Shown: positions 62,530 to 64,000 of the stretch, piece after piece
Numbering within the stretch: the stretch's first letter is position 1
How the letters are laid out: each line of letters begins with the position of its first letter
Assembly: GCF_024521635.1 (NCBI RefSeq)
Contig: NW_026250404.1
Coordinates: 744,001 to 808,000 of the forward strand
Direction of reading: 5' to 3'
DNA length: 64,000 bases
From: Tricharina praecox
Taxonomy: Eukaryota
The notes under the pieces: generated by a model
The model's database searches: none
The model's input: only the letters and a program-made list of their open reading frames with translations
What the model was told of the DNA's origin: nothing
Translations under genes and position numbers: made by a program

Positions 62530-64000
62530 CAGCAACACCGTAGTCAGTCCACTAACGATGCGGGAGTGATGTGTACGATTTTTTTATTTTTTTTTGTTGG
62601 TTCGGGCATATGGAAGGAGTTCATCTGTAAAGGGTTTTGGGGTTTTATTTGGTTCATCCTCTGTTTTTCTCGACTTTTGTTTTCCTGGTGTATCTGGGCT
62701 CCGGTATTGGTTTGGTATCTGGTTTTTTCGGGAAAGAGTTTCTTGGGTTTTGGATGATTCGCACAGGGCAGAACAGTTCGAGCAGGACAGGGCAGATCTG
62801 ATGGGGATGGAGGTTCTGTATGTAACGTTTTTGACCGTCAATTGTTTTTGGGGGGTCTATCTCTAGTTTTTTTGTTTCCTATTCCAACGAAGAATACGTT
62901 GACTTCACGGATGAGATTGATCGTTCAGTTCAGTTCGGTGATTGGGTAACAAGCAACCAAGGTATCCACTGCTATGTGCCCGTTCCTTCTTTTTTGATCA
63001 CACCGGTGACGGTGACCGGCGGCTCCGAGATGAACACCACCGGAAGGTGGGGATGTACTAAGGGTCCTCAAAGTGACTGGAGAAGCAGCTGGCTGGACTT
63101 TAGCGTGCCTAAACGGGGACGGAGGTGTGGTGGAAATTCAGTGTGATTGGCCGACGTAACCTCGAGTGCCGTGATAGGGATAGAGCAAAAAATGAAGTAC
63201 TCGCACACGCGTTGCTACGGTGATATGAGAAGCTTTTGAGTTCCGGATACTATCAAACCTCCAACATCATGCCCCACGTGTCACGGAAAAAATACGCGCT
63301 TCAAACAATCAACACAACTGTACGAGAATTACAAATTATCAACTTAATTTTCGACAGAAACTAGGTATGATACAGACCCTTTCGCAGAAGATCTATCTGC
63401 CATTCGCGATATTACAACAACCTGATGAATCTGCGCATTTTCCCACCTTGTTCTGAGTAAAAATCGTACGAAGAGGATTGTATTGGGGGTGTGCTCTAAT
63501 TTCTGGTTGAAGTATCTGATGCCTGGCAAAGCTGGTGATGTGTGTGTGTACGGAGGGTAACTATTGTCTGAACGCGTGCTCCAGATTCGTCACTCCATCC
63601 AGCCAGCTCCCATCCAGTCCCCAGCCGGTCGCTCAGAGTTTATGGGCTTTATTTGGTTAGACTGTCCCAATACGGGGCGTGACGCTAAAGTCCAGCCAGC
63701 TGCTCCTCCAGTCACTTTGAGGACCCTTACTATATACCTCCTACCTACCTACCCGCTCCAGTCAAGTTGTAGTAGTTGGGTCTGTAATTCGCGGCTCTCA
63801 GAGTCGCAGCTCACGTTAGTTATGTAAGTGCGGATGCTTCGCTGGCGAATATCGTCCGTCTGCAGACCTTCCTTTTCTCCGCACTCAATTCCTCCCCTGC
63901 TCTGCGCTTCCCTGCCTGGCTTTCCCCCATCCCAACCGACCGACCGACCGACCAACCGACCGACCTCCCTGTGTGCCCTGTGGGCACAATCGACTCGATC

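Noticed and set aside
1..64000. RNA-editing deaminase, NLR/HET or secondary-metabolite genes that might explain the cluster
   Set aside because: No deaminase, NACHT/NB-ARC, HET, PKS or NRPS motifs recognised in any ORF; no tRNA or rRNA recognised either.

Overview
Genomic DNA of a filamentous ascomycete (Pezizomycotina), judged from short GT-AG introns with CTAAC/CTGAC branch sites, low-complexity proteins and microsatellite-rich intergenic DNA. It begins with a small conserved hypothetical gene (483-1265) and a ~1860-aa spliced coiled-coil/acidic low-complexity gene (6300-12080). From ~13.5 to ~62.5 kb every convincing gene (seven in a row) encodes a C2H2/C2HC-type zinc-finger protein, one of them KLAP1-like, separated by 2-11 kb spacers without convincing genes. 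Four of the seven share a phase-2 intron at the same position in the first finger, which points to an old, locally expanded zinc-finger transcription-factor cluster. Three have a short upstream reading frame separated from the main ORF by one in-frame TAG (speculative editing or splicing switch). The spacers hold a foldback-like inverted array of ~120-bp subrepeats with a solo LTR inside, and nested hAT-type MITEs with 8-bp target-site duplications. Gene models were spliced by eye and no database searches were run.
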